This document shows, piece by piece, positions 1 through 11,279 of a stretch of 64,000 bases of DNA (positions are counted from its first letter, which is position 1; each line of letters begins with the position of its first letter). The position numbers and the translations under genes are program-made. The notes under the pieces are model-generated. The model was not told the DNA's origin. It was given only the letters and a program-made list of their open reading frames with translations, and ran no database searches. Origin of the DNA: Antedon mediterranea. Its lineage: Eukaryota > Animalia > Echinodermata. The stretch lies in the NCBI RefSeq assembly GCF_964355755.1, contig NC_092678.1, positions 3,240,422 to 3,304,421 of the forward strand. Direction: 5' to 3'.

Positions 1-3000
1 CAGCAAGCGCGGTGGTTAGATGATGTAAGAAGCAGTTTATCTGTTCCCGATAACATAACGCTTGATACACTACGTATGCTGATAGACTCTGGGGTGAGTC
101 TTGCTCCTCACCAAGCCATCGAGAAGGCAATGGCTGAACTGCAAGAACTCTTGACCGTCAGTGAGAGATGGGAGGAGAAAGCTAATATATGTCTTCAAGC
201 AAAGTAAATATTTTTAGAAACTTTTTGTCTCTAATTGCATTTATCAATAGCAAATGAATAAAAATAATTAAAACTCAAATTTTTAAATTGGGGGAAAAAG
301 AGAAGAAGCCTAGGTAAAGATAAAATACTGATGATGTTAAAACTATCTTTGTTTATATTAATTTAAAAACTATTTTGATTACAGGCCACGCCATACTGTC
401 GCTACAGTGGAAGCAATAATCATTGAAGCGAAGCACATTCCAGCTTATCTACCCAATGTTCTTAATTTAAAAGATGCCATGAAGAAGGCTAAGGAGTGGT
501 CTAGGAAAGTTGAAGAAATTCAGGTTAGTCAAATCCTATTGATAATATGATAGAATACTGATTGCATGTAAAGGTGCGCTTATGTCGACACAAACTTAAC
601 TAAAAAGAACTAGTTGTGAGAAAGCGCTTATGTCCCCCTTCAAACAATCGAACAGAACTGAAAGAAACTAAATGATCGAGAACTTTATGTCCACGCTTAA
701 ACTGACTGTAACTAGTCGTAATGTGTGCATTAGTTATAAGAACCGGTATGCGAGAGCGCTTTATGTCCACACTTAAACTGACTGTAACTAGTTGTAATGT
801 GTGCATTAGTTATAAGAAGCAGTATGCGAGAGCGCTTTATGTCCACACTTAAACTGACTGTAACTAGTTGTAATGTGTGCATTAGTTATAAGAAGCAGTA
901 TGCGAGAGCACTTTATGTCCACACTTAAACTGACTGTAACAAGTCGTAATGTGTGCATTAGTTATAAGAAGCAGTATGCGAGAGCACTTTATGTCCACAC
1001 TTAAACTGACTGTAACTAGTTGTAATGTGTGCATTAGTTATAAGAAGCAGTATGCGAGAGCGCTTTATGTCCACACTTAAACTGACTGTAACTAGTTGTA
1101 ATGTGTGCATTAGTTATAAGAAGCAGTATGCGAGAGCGCTTTATGTCCACACTTAAACTGACTGTAACTAGTTGTAATGTGTGCATTAGTTATAAGAAGC
1201 AGTATGCGAGAGCACTTTATGTCCACACTTAAACTGACTGTAACTAGTTGTAATGTGTGCATTAGTTATAAGAAGCAGTATGCGAGAGTGCTTTATGTCC
1301 ACACTTTTATGGAAACATTGGGTTGATCTGTACTGATCTCAGTTACCCTTACTGCACGCGTGACACGATTTAAAAGTTTTCAGTTGTGCTCAGTTACTTT
1401 CAGTTCTGAAAAAAATATAACATGGGCAACTTAAAGAAACCAAGTTTTTAAAATGACCTTTTTAAATTGTGATTTCCACTGTTGATATTTGGTTAAATCT
1501 TTTAACAGAATGGTGAACACTTTCCATATGTTGATGTTCTGGAAAGTATGGTATTAAAAGGCCGTCCAATTCCTGTACGCCTCGAGCAAATGCCGCAAGT
1601 TGAATCACAGGTGTCTTCAGCAAGAGCATGGAAAGAAAGAACTTCGAGAACGTTCCTGAAAAAGAACTCTTCGTATGGTTTGTTGGAGGTTCTGATGCCA
1701 AGAACTGACATTGGTAATCTGCAGTCTAACAAGAGCCGCAAGAAGAAACTTAAAGAGATGGAGAAGCAAAGAGAAACGGAAAGAGATTCCATTGTTGAAG
1801 GAAAGTCAGAAGAAAGTCGAGATCCTGCTGTATTTGTAAGTTACATTAACCTGCCATATTTTTATTTATTATTAACCAATTGAGAGCTTTTGATTTGCAT
1901 TGACCTATGACCTAGAAACTAGCTATCATTTCACGATTGATTGTGGTTTGCTTTCTCCCTCTATTCCTGGATGAATCCCAAGTCCAGGTTAAAACACAGT
2001 ATGTGTATGTTTTGGGTTATTACAATTGTGAACCTCACCAAATTATACCAATATAAAATATATATATATATATTTATTACCGTTACCGCTTGTCTGTGTA
2101 AATTGGCCGTAAGTAAAATTTTAACCCAGCATATTGTATTCAATACTTAAAATGGATGTCTATTTTTTTCTGAAATAGGTTGCGCAATATAAAGAAGAGG
2201 AAGCAAAAGAACTTGATGCAATGAGGAACCTAAGAGATAAGAACCTTCGCAAACAACAACTGGAAGAGGAAAATAAAGAACAGGGAAAATATTGCATTTG
2301 TAGGAAAGGAGTCGCTGGTTTTATGTTGCAATGTGAACTGTGTAAAGACTGGTTTCATAGCACTTGTGTTCCAATGCCTAAGAATAATGCTAACAAAGCT
2401 AAGGTGGTAACAGCTGGTAACGCAAATGTGTTATCAGCAAGAGATATGAAGTTTCTCTGCCCTCTTTGCCACAGATCTCGCCGGCCTAGACTTGAGATGA
2501 TTCTATCGTTACTTGTATCACTACAGAAATTACCAGTTAGGATGCCAGATGGCGAGGCACTGCAGTGTCTGACAGAAAGAGCTATGAGTTGGCAGGACAG
2601 AGCACGACAGGCTCTTGCAACTGATGAACTTGCAGCAGCTCTTGCAAAGCTTTCAGTCCATAAGCAGAAAATGGATGAACAGGCTGCAAAAGAAAAAACT
2701 GATAGAATTATTTCAGAAGAAATTCAAAAGGCTTCTAACAATCAGGAGCTCCAAGAGCACAGTCAGAATATAAATCCAAATGCATTTAATCGAGAGAACG
2801 CAAGTGACATTCATAAAACATCGATTCTACATGGCATGCCACCTGTTCCAACAAAACTAGATGTAACTGATAATGACTCTAAAGATGGAGAAGTTCTAAC
2901 AACTTTAAATGATAGTTCTTCTGATGATCCATCACATTCTACTGTTGTCCAGGAATCTGAGCACACATATAGTGCTGCTTCAAAAAGTACCCCACAGTTG

Positions 3001-6000
3001 GTGCCCCCTAAGAAGCACCCACGCAAGTCACCTCATGTTCAGAGACCTACAGATACACCATTTCTTGAGCTGTCTGAGATGACCAGGGCACGTTTGGAAG
3101 AACTTAAAATGGAAGGAGAACTTTTAGAGGTGTCACTTGATGAAACACAACATATCTGGAGGATTCTTCAAGCGAGTCAACAGACGAGAGAAGAACGCAT
3201 AATTGAACATTTTGTAGAGGTAAACATTCAAGATTAGTTACTACCTGTGATATAGTGACATTACTAAATTTGCCAACACTACGAACACCAACATAAAACT
3301 ACAAATTCTAATATAATATTACAGGCACTACAAACACCAACATAAACACACTATACAACACCCAACATAAACACACTATACAACACCCAACATAAACACA
3401 CTATACAACACCCAACATAAACACACTATACAACACCCAACATAAACACACTATACAACACCCAACATAAACACACTATACAACACCCAACATAAACACA
3501 CTATACAACACCCAACATAAACACACTATACAACACCCAACATAAACACACTATGTAACACCCAACATAAACACACTATACAACACACAACATAAACACA
3601 CTATACAACACCCAACATAAACACACTATGTAACACCCAACATAAACACACTATACAACACCCAACATAAACACACTATACAACACCCAACATAAACACA
3701 CTATGTAACACCCAACATAAACACACTATGTAACACCCAACATAAACACACTATACAACACCCAACATAAACACACTATACACCAATGTATACACTGCTA
3801 ACACCAAAACTGCAATTATAGTATTCATTTTTTAAATACGTTTTATTTTCTGTCCTTTTTATTTAGCAAATTCCTGAAGACTTCTTTGATAAACAACCTA
3901 GGATTAAACAAGAACTAATGAAAGACAAAAAGAAGTTTAAGAAAAGGAAGAAAGATGGAGAAGAAGTCAGCGATGATGATCATGAGAATATCAAACCAGA
4001 GAAAAAGAAGAAAAAGAAAAACAAGGATAAAGATAAAGAAAAGAAAAAGGAAGAAATTAAAGATGGAATAAATAAGGAAATAAAGGATGGTAAAGAAAAG
4101 AAGAAAAAAATTAAGAAGAAAAATAAAGGTTAGCAAATTACGTTGATTCCTTTTTATCTTAATTGTCAATTAAGTGATTTCCTTTCAATTTGAAAGTGAT
4201 ATGACATCATCATGTTGATATATGGGCACATCACATTTTTGTTGTCCACATAAAGTTTGATAGTGTAGACAAAGCTTAAAAAAGTTGTAAAAAGACAGTA
4301 ATGAACCTTGTTTAAACAACACAAGTCGCATGTATGTACCTACTAAGTAATTCATTATATTATTTTACAGACAAAGATGGTACGAAGATCAAGAACCGAA
4401 CTGACAAGGATAAAGACCAGGTAATTGTTGTCGATGGGGACGATGATGACGAGGATGAAATCTGTTCTGCTAAATACTGCATACGACCTCTGGGTGATGA
4501 TATCAACTGGATTCAATGCGACAAGTGTGAACAATGGTATCATCTACTTTGCATAGGTAAGCTAACTTTGTTGTACTATATAAATTGAGTGTATAGTTAT
4601 GTCTACACTATCAAACTTTACAGTACAGCTATTAATTACTGCTTCGTTCCCACATGTAACCCTTTGTAGCGTGGAACATTGTTTTTAGTTTGCGAAACCC
4701 ACGAAGTATTGTCTTTTGATCACGCTCCCTCAAAAGGTGTTTGTTATCGCCATCCCACGTGCTCCCACGAGTTACCGCAGGAAGGTATTGTTTTTGGATC
4801 GCAATGGAAGGGTGTTAAATATACACTATCGTTACCAGCTATCAAAAGAGAACAAGGCTATTATAATAACCCACCTTGGATTGATGAAATCTACCCTACA
4901 TTTACGCCCGAGTAGCCTTGGCCCTTGGCTAGGCACAGAGCCTAGAGATTGTTAATATTCAGTATTAATAAAAATGCATCGTTTTCATTTCATCGTATGG
5001 AAGTTTCTCTAGAAAACTTGATTTATACCAATAAGAACGAATCGGCCAACCATGCTAAAATAATACATGCGTTGAATAGAATCCATTAACCCATGACCCA
5101 CATCACAGAGTGCACACACATGATCCACCAAATTTCATTCTCACGTGTTAAAAACAACGCAAATCAAACATGTTGATACTTGTCTGGCGATACAAATTGG
5201 ATGAAAAAAAGTTGGCCCACTTCACTGAGGTTCACCGGCCGCATAGCGGGAAAATGTATATTGTTTTATGTCGTCAAATTTAATTTTATTAATTCACAAT
5301 GTGGCCGTATAATAATTTTATTGCGTATTTCATAGGTTTTATTTACGGTAGGCCTACTATCTAGTACTACTGCATTCTAGATAGGTACTCTGTACGAACT
5401 CAAACATTAATGGCTGTGGGCCTAGATAGCCAGGCTAAATAAAAATATCTGGCGTAACTGCTGTATTTTTCAATCATTGTTTCCTTGATTCATTGATAAC
5501 AATGTTGTTTATAATACATTACAATAGATGCGTGGCAAAACAATGCCTCTCTTATGATCGCAAAAACAATGCAGTTCGTAGTATCGCGATAAAAAACAAA
5601 CGCTCGTAGCACGAAGTATCCATTAAGCTAGAACATGGGTTACAGTATGTTGCAGTAATTTTAAGCTGTTCTGTATGTGATGTGCCCATATATGGACATG
5701 ATGATGTCATATCACTGCCATATTTGGGCACATCACACTTTTTTTGTCAAAGTAGTTTGATAGTGTAGACAGAGATTTACAATGCATTTTATACGTATAA
5801 GCGCTTGCTGTCAAATTATGAGATATATACAGTATATAGATATATAAAATATCCATAAGCATAAAAAGAACAATGTTGAAAACATCAGTGTAAAAAGTTT
5901 ATTAAAAAATAATTATTTAAAAAAATCTTTGTTGCAGGAATGAAAGAGGAGCCTCCTGATGATGAAGAATATGCTTGTGTTAAATGTGTCAGAAAGCAGA

Positions 6001-7184
6001 ACAAGAGTTTCCGCAAAAGCATCAGCGTCTCTTCATCAACATCACCAAGAGCTCCTTCTCCAGTTACATCCGTCAAACTTGAGAAAGACCCCAGTGATAA
6101 TGATGACGAAGAAGATGATCATTTACATATTGATACAGGTGTAATTGGCACTGCACTTGAAGTCGATGAGTTTGTTTCAGTTGTTTCAACCCCAGCTGAG
6201 AATTCTCCCGTGTCACAATTAGTTGCTGAGGAACAGGTAGAAGTCACAATGGAAGTGGATGGAGCGGATACAAGTTCTTCAAGTGATAGTGATGATGACA
6301 TGAACAATAGTAGCAATGACATACCAAAGGAAGTGAACAATGAGCAGAATATTCAGATTGACAATGGTGGAGAACTAATAACAAAGAGCATTCAGGAGAT
6401 TGAAATTGATTATTCACAAACTGAATCAGAATTAACTGAGAAACCAGTGCAAGTTGAGATTGCCACATCATCTACAGCAACAGATTACCCTTCCAAATAT
6501 GGAGACAAAGAACATGACAATCATTCAAAAGCGGTAGAAGAGCGTGTTACTGGTTCTGATCCTGTGGTAGAACTGGCAACCTCTAATTCTCTGTCCGAAA
6601 TTGTTGATCTACAAACTGAAATTAAAAACAATGTTTCTAATAATCTTGTGCAGGAAGAATCAACAGAAAGAGAAGAGCAAATGCTGCCGGAGGACGTAGT
6701 CGGCAGCTGTATTCCAGAAGAAAATACTACTGTAGCGATTACAAGCACAGAAGTGGAGAGTACTGACAAAGAATTGGAATGTACAAGCGCGGAAGTAGAG
6801 AGTACTGACAAAGAATTGGAATGTACAAGCGCGGAAGTAGAGAGTACTGACAAAGAATTGGAATGTACAAGCGCAGAAGTGGAGAGTACTTGCAAAGAAA
6901 CAGACCGTACAAACTATGAGATTATGGAAGTGGCGAGTACTGACAAAGAAGTGGAGAGTACAAATAATGAGATTAAGTGTACAATCAAGGAAGTGGTGAG
7001 TTCAGAAAAAGAAATGGAATGTACAAGTACAGAAGTGCAGAGTACCGACAAAGAATTGGAGAGCATGGAAGTGGAGAATACCTACCAAGAAATGGAATGT
7101 ATAAATAATGATTTAAAAATTACAATACTACAAAGCTCGTCAGAGACAATAACAAGTTCAGAAATTGTAAATGAACTTGGATAA
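1..7184 (+). CDS. KDM5: Lysine-specific demethylase 5 (KDM5/JARID1/lid), 3' portion: PLU-1 region, PHD2, PHD3 and a long acidic tail
   Basis: Phase-consistent GT-AG exons at <1-203, 385-523, 1509-1835, 2179-3219, 3867-4128, 4371-4556 and 5938-7184 (TAA). Translation contains KDM5-typical motifs: [109 protein letters not shown], and PHD3 [29 protein letters not shown]. Confidence 0.95.
683..1305. repeat. Minisatellite, 76-bp unit, about 8 copies, in a KDM5 intron
   Basis: TTATGTCCAC recurs at 685, 761, 837, 913, 989, 1065, 1141, 1217 and 1293. Confidence 0.95.
3336..3783. repeat. Minisatellite, 25-bp unit CCCAACATAAACACACTATACAACA, about 18 copies, in a KDM5 intron
   Basis: Direct tandem repetition (3361, 3386, 3411 and onward). 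Confidence 0.95.
4195..4277. mobile_element. MITE family A (TIR GCTCTGTCTACACTATCAAACT), partial copy
   Basis: Ends in AGTTTGATAGTGTAGAC, as do the copies at 5676-5773, 49418-49552 and 61652-61787. Confidence 0.75.
4600..5773. mobile_element. MITE family A copy split by a nested 1.05-kb element
   Basis: Left end TGTCTACACTATCAAACTTTA at 4600-4620. The remainder TGTGATGTGCCCATATATGG...TTTGATAGTGTAGACAGAG resumes at 5676-5773. Confidence 0.8.
4621..5673. mobile_element. Non-autonomous TA-flanked DNA transposon (CAGT-type ends, Tc1/mariner-like), family B
   Basis: Imperfect TIRs CAGTACAGCT..AATTACTGC..GTAACCC and GGGTTAC..GCAGTAATT..AGCTGTTCTG, with TA on both sides. Internal blocks are shared with 18585-19428. 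Confidence 0.75.
6738..7100 (+). repeat. Coding tandem repeat, 42-bp/14-aa unit ([14 protein letters not shown]), in the last KDM5 exon
   Basis: About 4 near-perfect units followed by about 4 degenerate units, all in frame. Confidence 0.9.
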
Positions 7185-7497
7185 ATATTGAGATGTCCAA
7201 AAATGGCATTTAGGTTAGCAAGCGGTAGCCTGATTTTGATACCAAACTGCAATGAGTTGTGTAAAGTTTAATACAGCACGATAGAAGAAGTGTAATTAAA
7301 ATACATATATGGTTAATTTAGGTCTGTTGAAACTAACAATCTGTAAATGCTAGTGATTTAAGAGAAAATTACACTAGGGTTATATTGATTCAACCCACTT
7401 TTACTTTGATTCAACTGACGTATATAAAAAGGTCTTATTTTATATGATTACTATTGATTATTAGATTTAAACATTGTTAAAGTTGTCTTTATATTAT

Positions 7498-7639
7498 ACC
7501 CGATTCACACGTACATAAATCTAAAAATGTATCAAATTGTTATCTTGGTATGAAAGCATGGAACGCGGAGGTCTGTGCGCCTATTTTTAAGTTATTTAAG
7601 TTTTAGCACTGCATTTACACTACATATGTGAATCGGGTG
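7498..7639. mobile_element. Small MITE-like inverted-repeat element in the KDM5 3' UTR region
   Basis: ACCCGATTCACA at the left end and TGTGAATCGGGT at the right end. Confidence 0.6.
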
Positions 7640-8492
7640 TTATTACTACACTTGTTATTTCCCAGTACACTATTACCTATTGTGGTTTTCACCTGTTTGC
7701 TTACCGTTGGATTGTTGTAAAGAAGGTTTTTTTTTATTTGAGTGAGTTTACAATTTGCGACAACTCAGATCTCTGACGTCATGTTGGTGTATGGTCGTCG
7801 TTGAACGTCAAGACAACTTTGAACAAATGACATAAATAATTTACATACTGTTAGGTCATAGGTTGAATTCCTGTTATGGTAAATTGATCAACTCAACAGA
7901 AACCAATATATAAGAAAATTAATAAGTTATTAGTTATTTGAGATGAAATTTTTGTTTGTTTGAAGGAAATATAGACGCATTTGTTTCAAGTTATGATTTT
8001 TTGAGGAATAAATAATTAATATAGTTGGAGTTTAATTTAAATTTTCTCACCTATATGTAAATATACAAGTAATCTCAATTGCCATTGGTTGGTGGCAACG
8101 TTAATTAACAAATGTTTATTCTGTACCTTGAGTTATTTACAATTTACCACTAAAATGCTATTTGCTTATTATGTTACCACAGATTTAAGATTTAAAACAA
8201 GGGCGCCACTGTAGTTTTTATACATCATCCCAAAACTAAAATAATTGTTTATACTATGATTTAGAATAAGTAAACAAGCTGACCTATTTCACCGCAACTA
8301 GTTAATAATATGTCATATTAATTGGCTATCAATTTATCAGATAAGAGTAAGCAATAGATTTCTTTATTTGTTTCTTAAACTGTGTTCATGGAATAGAAAT
8401 GTAAAACCATGTACGTGATTAAATATAAAAAGATAGTGATTTTAAATTTTGTTGTTACAGTGTCTTTTTTTTAATAGTTTATATGTTAACTT

Positions 8493-8546
8493 GCGTGGCG
8501 CAACGGATAGTCCCATAGTCTAAAGGGTTGCTGGTTCGAACCCCAG
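8493..8546 (+). pseudogene. tRNA-derived fragment with Pol III A and B boxes
   Basis: TGGCGCAACGG (A box) followed by GGTTCGAACCC (B box). No complete cloverleaf. Confidence 0.6.
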
Positions 8547-8740
8547 TATTTTTGTATTTTTAATTGAATTCAATTCAATATAATAAAAATGTACATGGTT
8601 GGATTCGAACCCTTTCTAAACCGGCAAAGGTTTAGATCCAAGTGCAGTGGTCTTCTTGGGATTTCGATGGATCGCCTCAAGTTTTAAGATACTTTATACA
8701 TTGTAATTGACTCAATTTATATATAAATTTATATGTACCT

Positions 8741-8815
8741 GGTTGGACTCGAACCCCTTCTAAACGGGCAAAGGTTTAGATCCAAGTGCAGTGGTCTTAA
8801 CCACCTGCGCCACTT
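8741..8815 (-). pseudogene. tRNA-derived/SINE-like head with Pol III A and B boxes, partly duplicated at 8598-8657
   Basis: Minus strand reads GTGGCGCAGGTGGTTAAG...GGGGTTCGAGTCC. A near-identical B-box half lies at 8598-8657. Confidence 0.6.
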
Positions 8816-8828
8816 CGCTTGACTTCAT

Positions 8829-10920
8829 CCGGTAGCTCACGTCCAATATCAGGTAGCTCACGTCCAATATCAGGTAGCTCACGTCCAATATCAGGTAGCT
8901 CACGTCCAATATCAGGTAGCGCACGTCCAATATGAGGTAGCGCACGTCCAATATCAGGTAGCGCACGTCCAATATCAGGTAGCGCACGTCCAATATCAGG
9001 TAGCGCACGTCCAATATCAGGTAGCTCACGTCCAATATCAGGTAGCTCACGTCCAATATCAGGTAGCTCACGTCCAATATCAGGTAGCGCACGTCCAATA
9101 TCAGGTAGCTCACGTCCAATATCAGGTAGCGCACGTCCAATATCGGGTAGCTCACGTCCAATATCAGGTAGCTCACGTCCAATATCGGGTAGCGCACGTC
9201 CAATATCGGGTAGCGCACGTCCAATATCAGGTAGCTCACGTCCAATATCAGGTAGCGCACGTCCAATATCAGGTAGCGCACGTCCAATATCAGGTAACTC
9301 ACGTCCAATTTCAGGTAGCTCACGTCCAATATCAGGTAGCGCACGTCCAATATCAGGTATCGCACGTCCAATATCAGGTAGCTCACGTCCAATATCAGGT
9401 AGCGCACGTCCAATATCAGGTAGCGCACGTCCAATATCAGGTAGCGCACGTCCAATATCAGGTAGCTCACGTCCAATATCAGGTAGCTCACGTCCAATAT
9501 CAGGTAGCTCACGTCCAATATCAGGTAGCGCACGTCCAATATCAGGTAGCGCACGTCCAATATCAGGTAGCGCACGTCCAATATCAGGTAGCGCACGTCC
9601 AATATCAGGTAGCGCACGTCCAATATCAGGTAGCTCACGTCCAATATCAGGTAGCTCACGTCCAATTTCAGGTAGCTCACGTCCAATATCAGGTAGCTCA
9701 CGTCCAATATCAGGTAGCGCACGTCCAATATCAGGTAGCTCACGTCCAATATCAGGTAGCGCACGTCCAATATCAGGTAGCGCACGTCCAATATCAGGTA
9801 GCGCACGTCCAATATCAGGTAGCTCACGTCCAATATCAGGTAGCTCACGTCCAATATCAGGTAGCGCACGTCCAATATCAGGTAGCTCACGTCCAATATC
9901 AGGTAGCTCACGTCCAATATCAGGTAGCTCACCTCCAATATCAGGTAGCGCACGTCCAATATCGGGTAGCGCACGTCCAATATCGGGTAGCTCACGTCCA
10001 ATATCGGGTAGCTCACGTCCAATATCAGGTAGCGCACGTCCAATATCAGGTAGCGCACGTCCAATATCGGGTAGCTCACGTCCAATATCAGGTAGCTCAC
10101 GTCCAATATCAGGTAGCGCACGTCCAATATCAGGTAGCGCACGTCCAATATCAGGTAGCTCACGTCCAATATCAGGTAGCGCACGTCCAATATCAGGTAG
10201 CGCACGTCCAATATCAGGTAGCTCACGTCCAATATCCAATATCAGGTAGCTCACGTCCAATATCAGGTAGCGCACGTCCAATATCGGGTAGCGCACGTCC
10301 AATATCGGGTAGCTCACGTCCAATATCAGGTAGCTCACGTCCAATATCAGGTAGCGCACGTCCAATATCGGGTAGCGCACGTCCAATATCGGGTAGCTCA
10401 CGTCCAATATCAGGTAGCACACGTCCAATATCGGGTAGCTCACGTCCAATATCGGGTAGCTCACGTCCAATATCAGGTAGCGCACGTCCAATATCGGGTA
10501 GCGCACGTCCAATATCGGGTAGCTCACGTCCAATATCGGGTAGCTCACGTCCAATATCAGGTAGCGCACGTCCAATATCAGGTAGCGCACGTCCAATATC
10601 AGGTAGCTCACGTCCAATATCGGGTAGCACACGTCCAATATCGGATAGCTCACGTCCAATATCGGGTAGCACACGTCCAATATCGGGTAGCGCACGTCCA
10701 ATATCAGGTAGCTCACGTCCAATATCAGGTAGCGCACGTCCAATATCAGGTAGCGCACGTCCAATATCAGGTAGCGCACGTCCAATATCAGGTAGCGCAC
10801 GTCCAATATCAGGTAGCTCACGTCCAATATCAGGTAGCGCACGTCCAATATCAGGTAGCTCACGTCCAATATCAGGTAGCGCACGTCCAATATCAGGTAG
10901 CGCATGTCCAATATCAGGTA
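8829..10920. repeat. Minisatellite, 21-bp unit CCAATATCRGGTAGC(T/G)CACGT, about 100 copies, between the convergent KDM5 and ATXN7 3' ends
   Basis: Direct tandem repetition with a single 7-bp CCAATAT insertion near 10236. Confidence 0.97.
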
Positions 10921-11107
10921 TTTTATTTATATTATTTATTTTATTTATTATTATATTTATATTTGGGTGTTTTTTAAAAAAAAGGACAAATTTCGACCGT
11001 ATTTGTCGACTCACTGGTTACTATGTTAACAGATGTGGACTAGATTTTACACTTTTCAACTACATGCTTCTCCCGTAGGGTCACGTCAAGTCCGTGCAGC
11101 CACTACA

Positions 11108-11279
11108 AAGCTGATTTTTCACTAGGCGAATCCAATGTTGCGAAGAGAAAAAAATCGCCTACTCTCTTTCCACTACACGCGAGGAACATGAAAGTCGCAG
11201 CTATTCGCTCATGTAGTGGAAAGAGAGTAGGCGATTTTTTTCTCTTCAAAAACAAATTCGCCTAGTGGAAAATCGGCTT
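11108..11279. mobile_element. Palindromic foldback MITE of about 170 bp
   Basis: Left arm AAGCTGATTTTTCACTAGGCGAAT..GAAGAGAAAAAAATCGCCTACTCTCTTTCCACTACA pairs with its reverse complement on the right. A related end fragment lies near 19495-19530. Confidence 0.85.

Noticed and set aside
8493-8815. Functional tRNA genes
   Set aside because: A and B boxes are present, but acceptor and anticodon stems cannot be folded into a full cloverleaf.
8829-10920. CRISPR-like appearance of the repeat arrays (also 21259-22438)
   Set aside because: There are no unique spacers or cas genes, and the context is eukaryotic and spliced.
8760-11014. Long ORFs of 490, 704 and 263 aa (LDVRYLI / DIGRALP repeats)
   Set aside because: They are translations of a stop-free 21-bp tandem repeat, open in two frames, with no gene structure.
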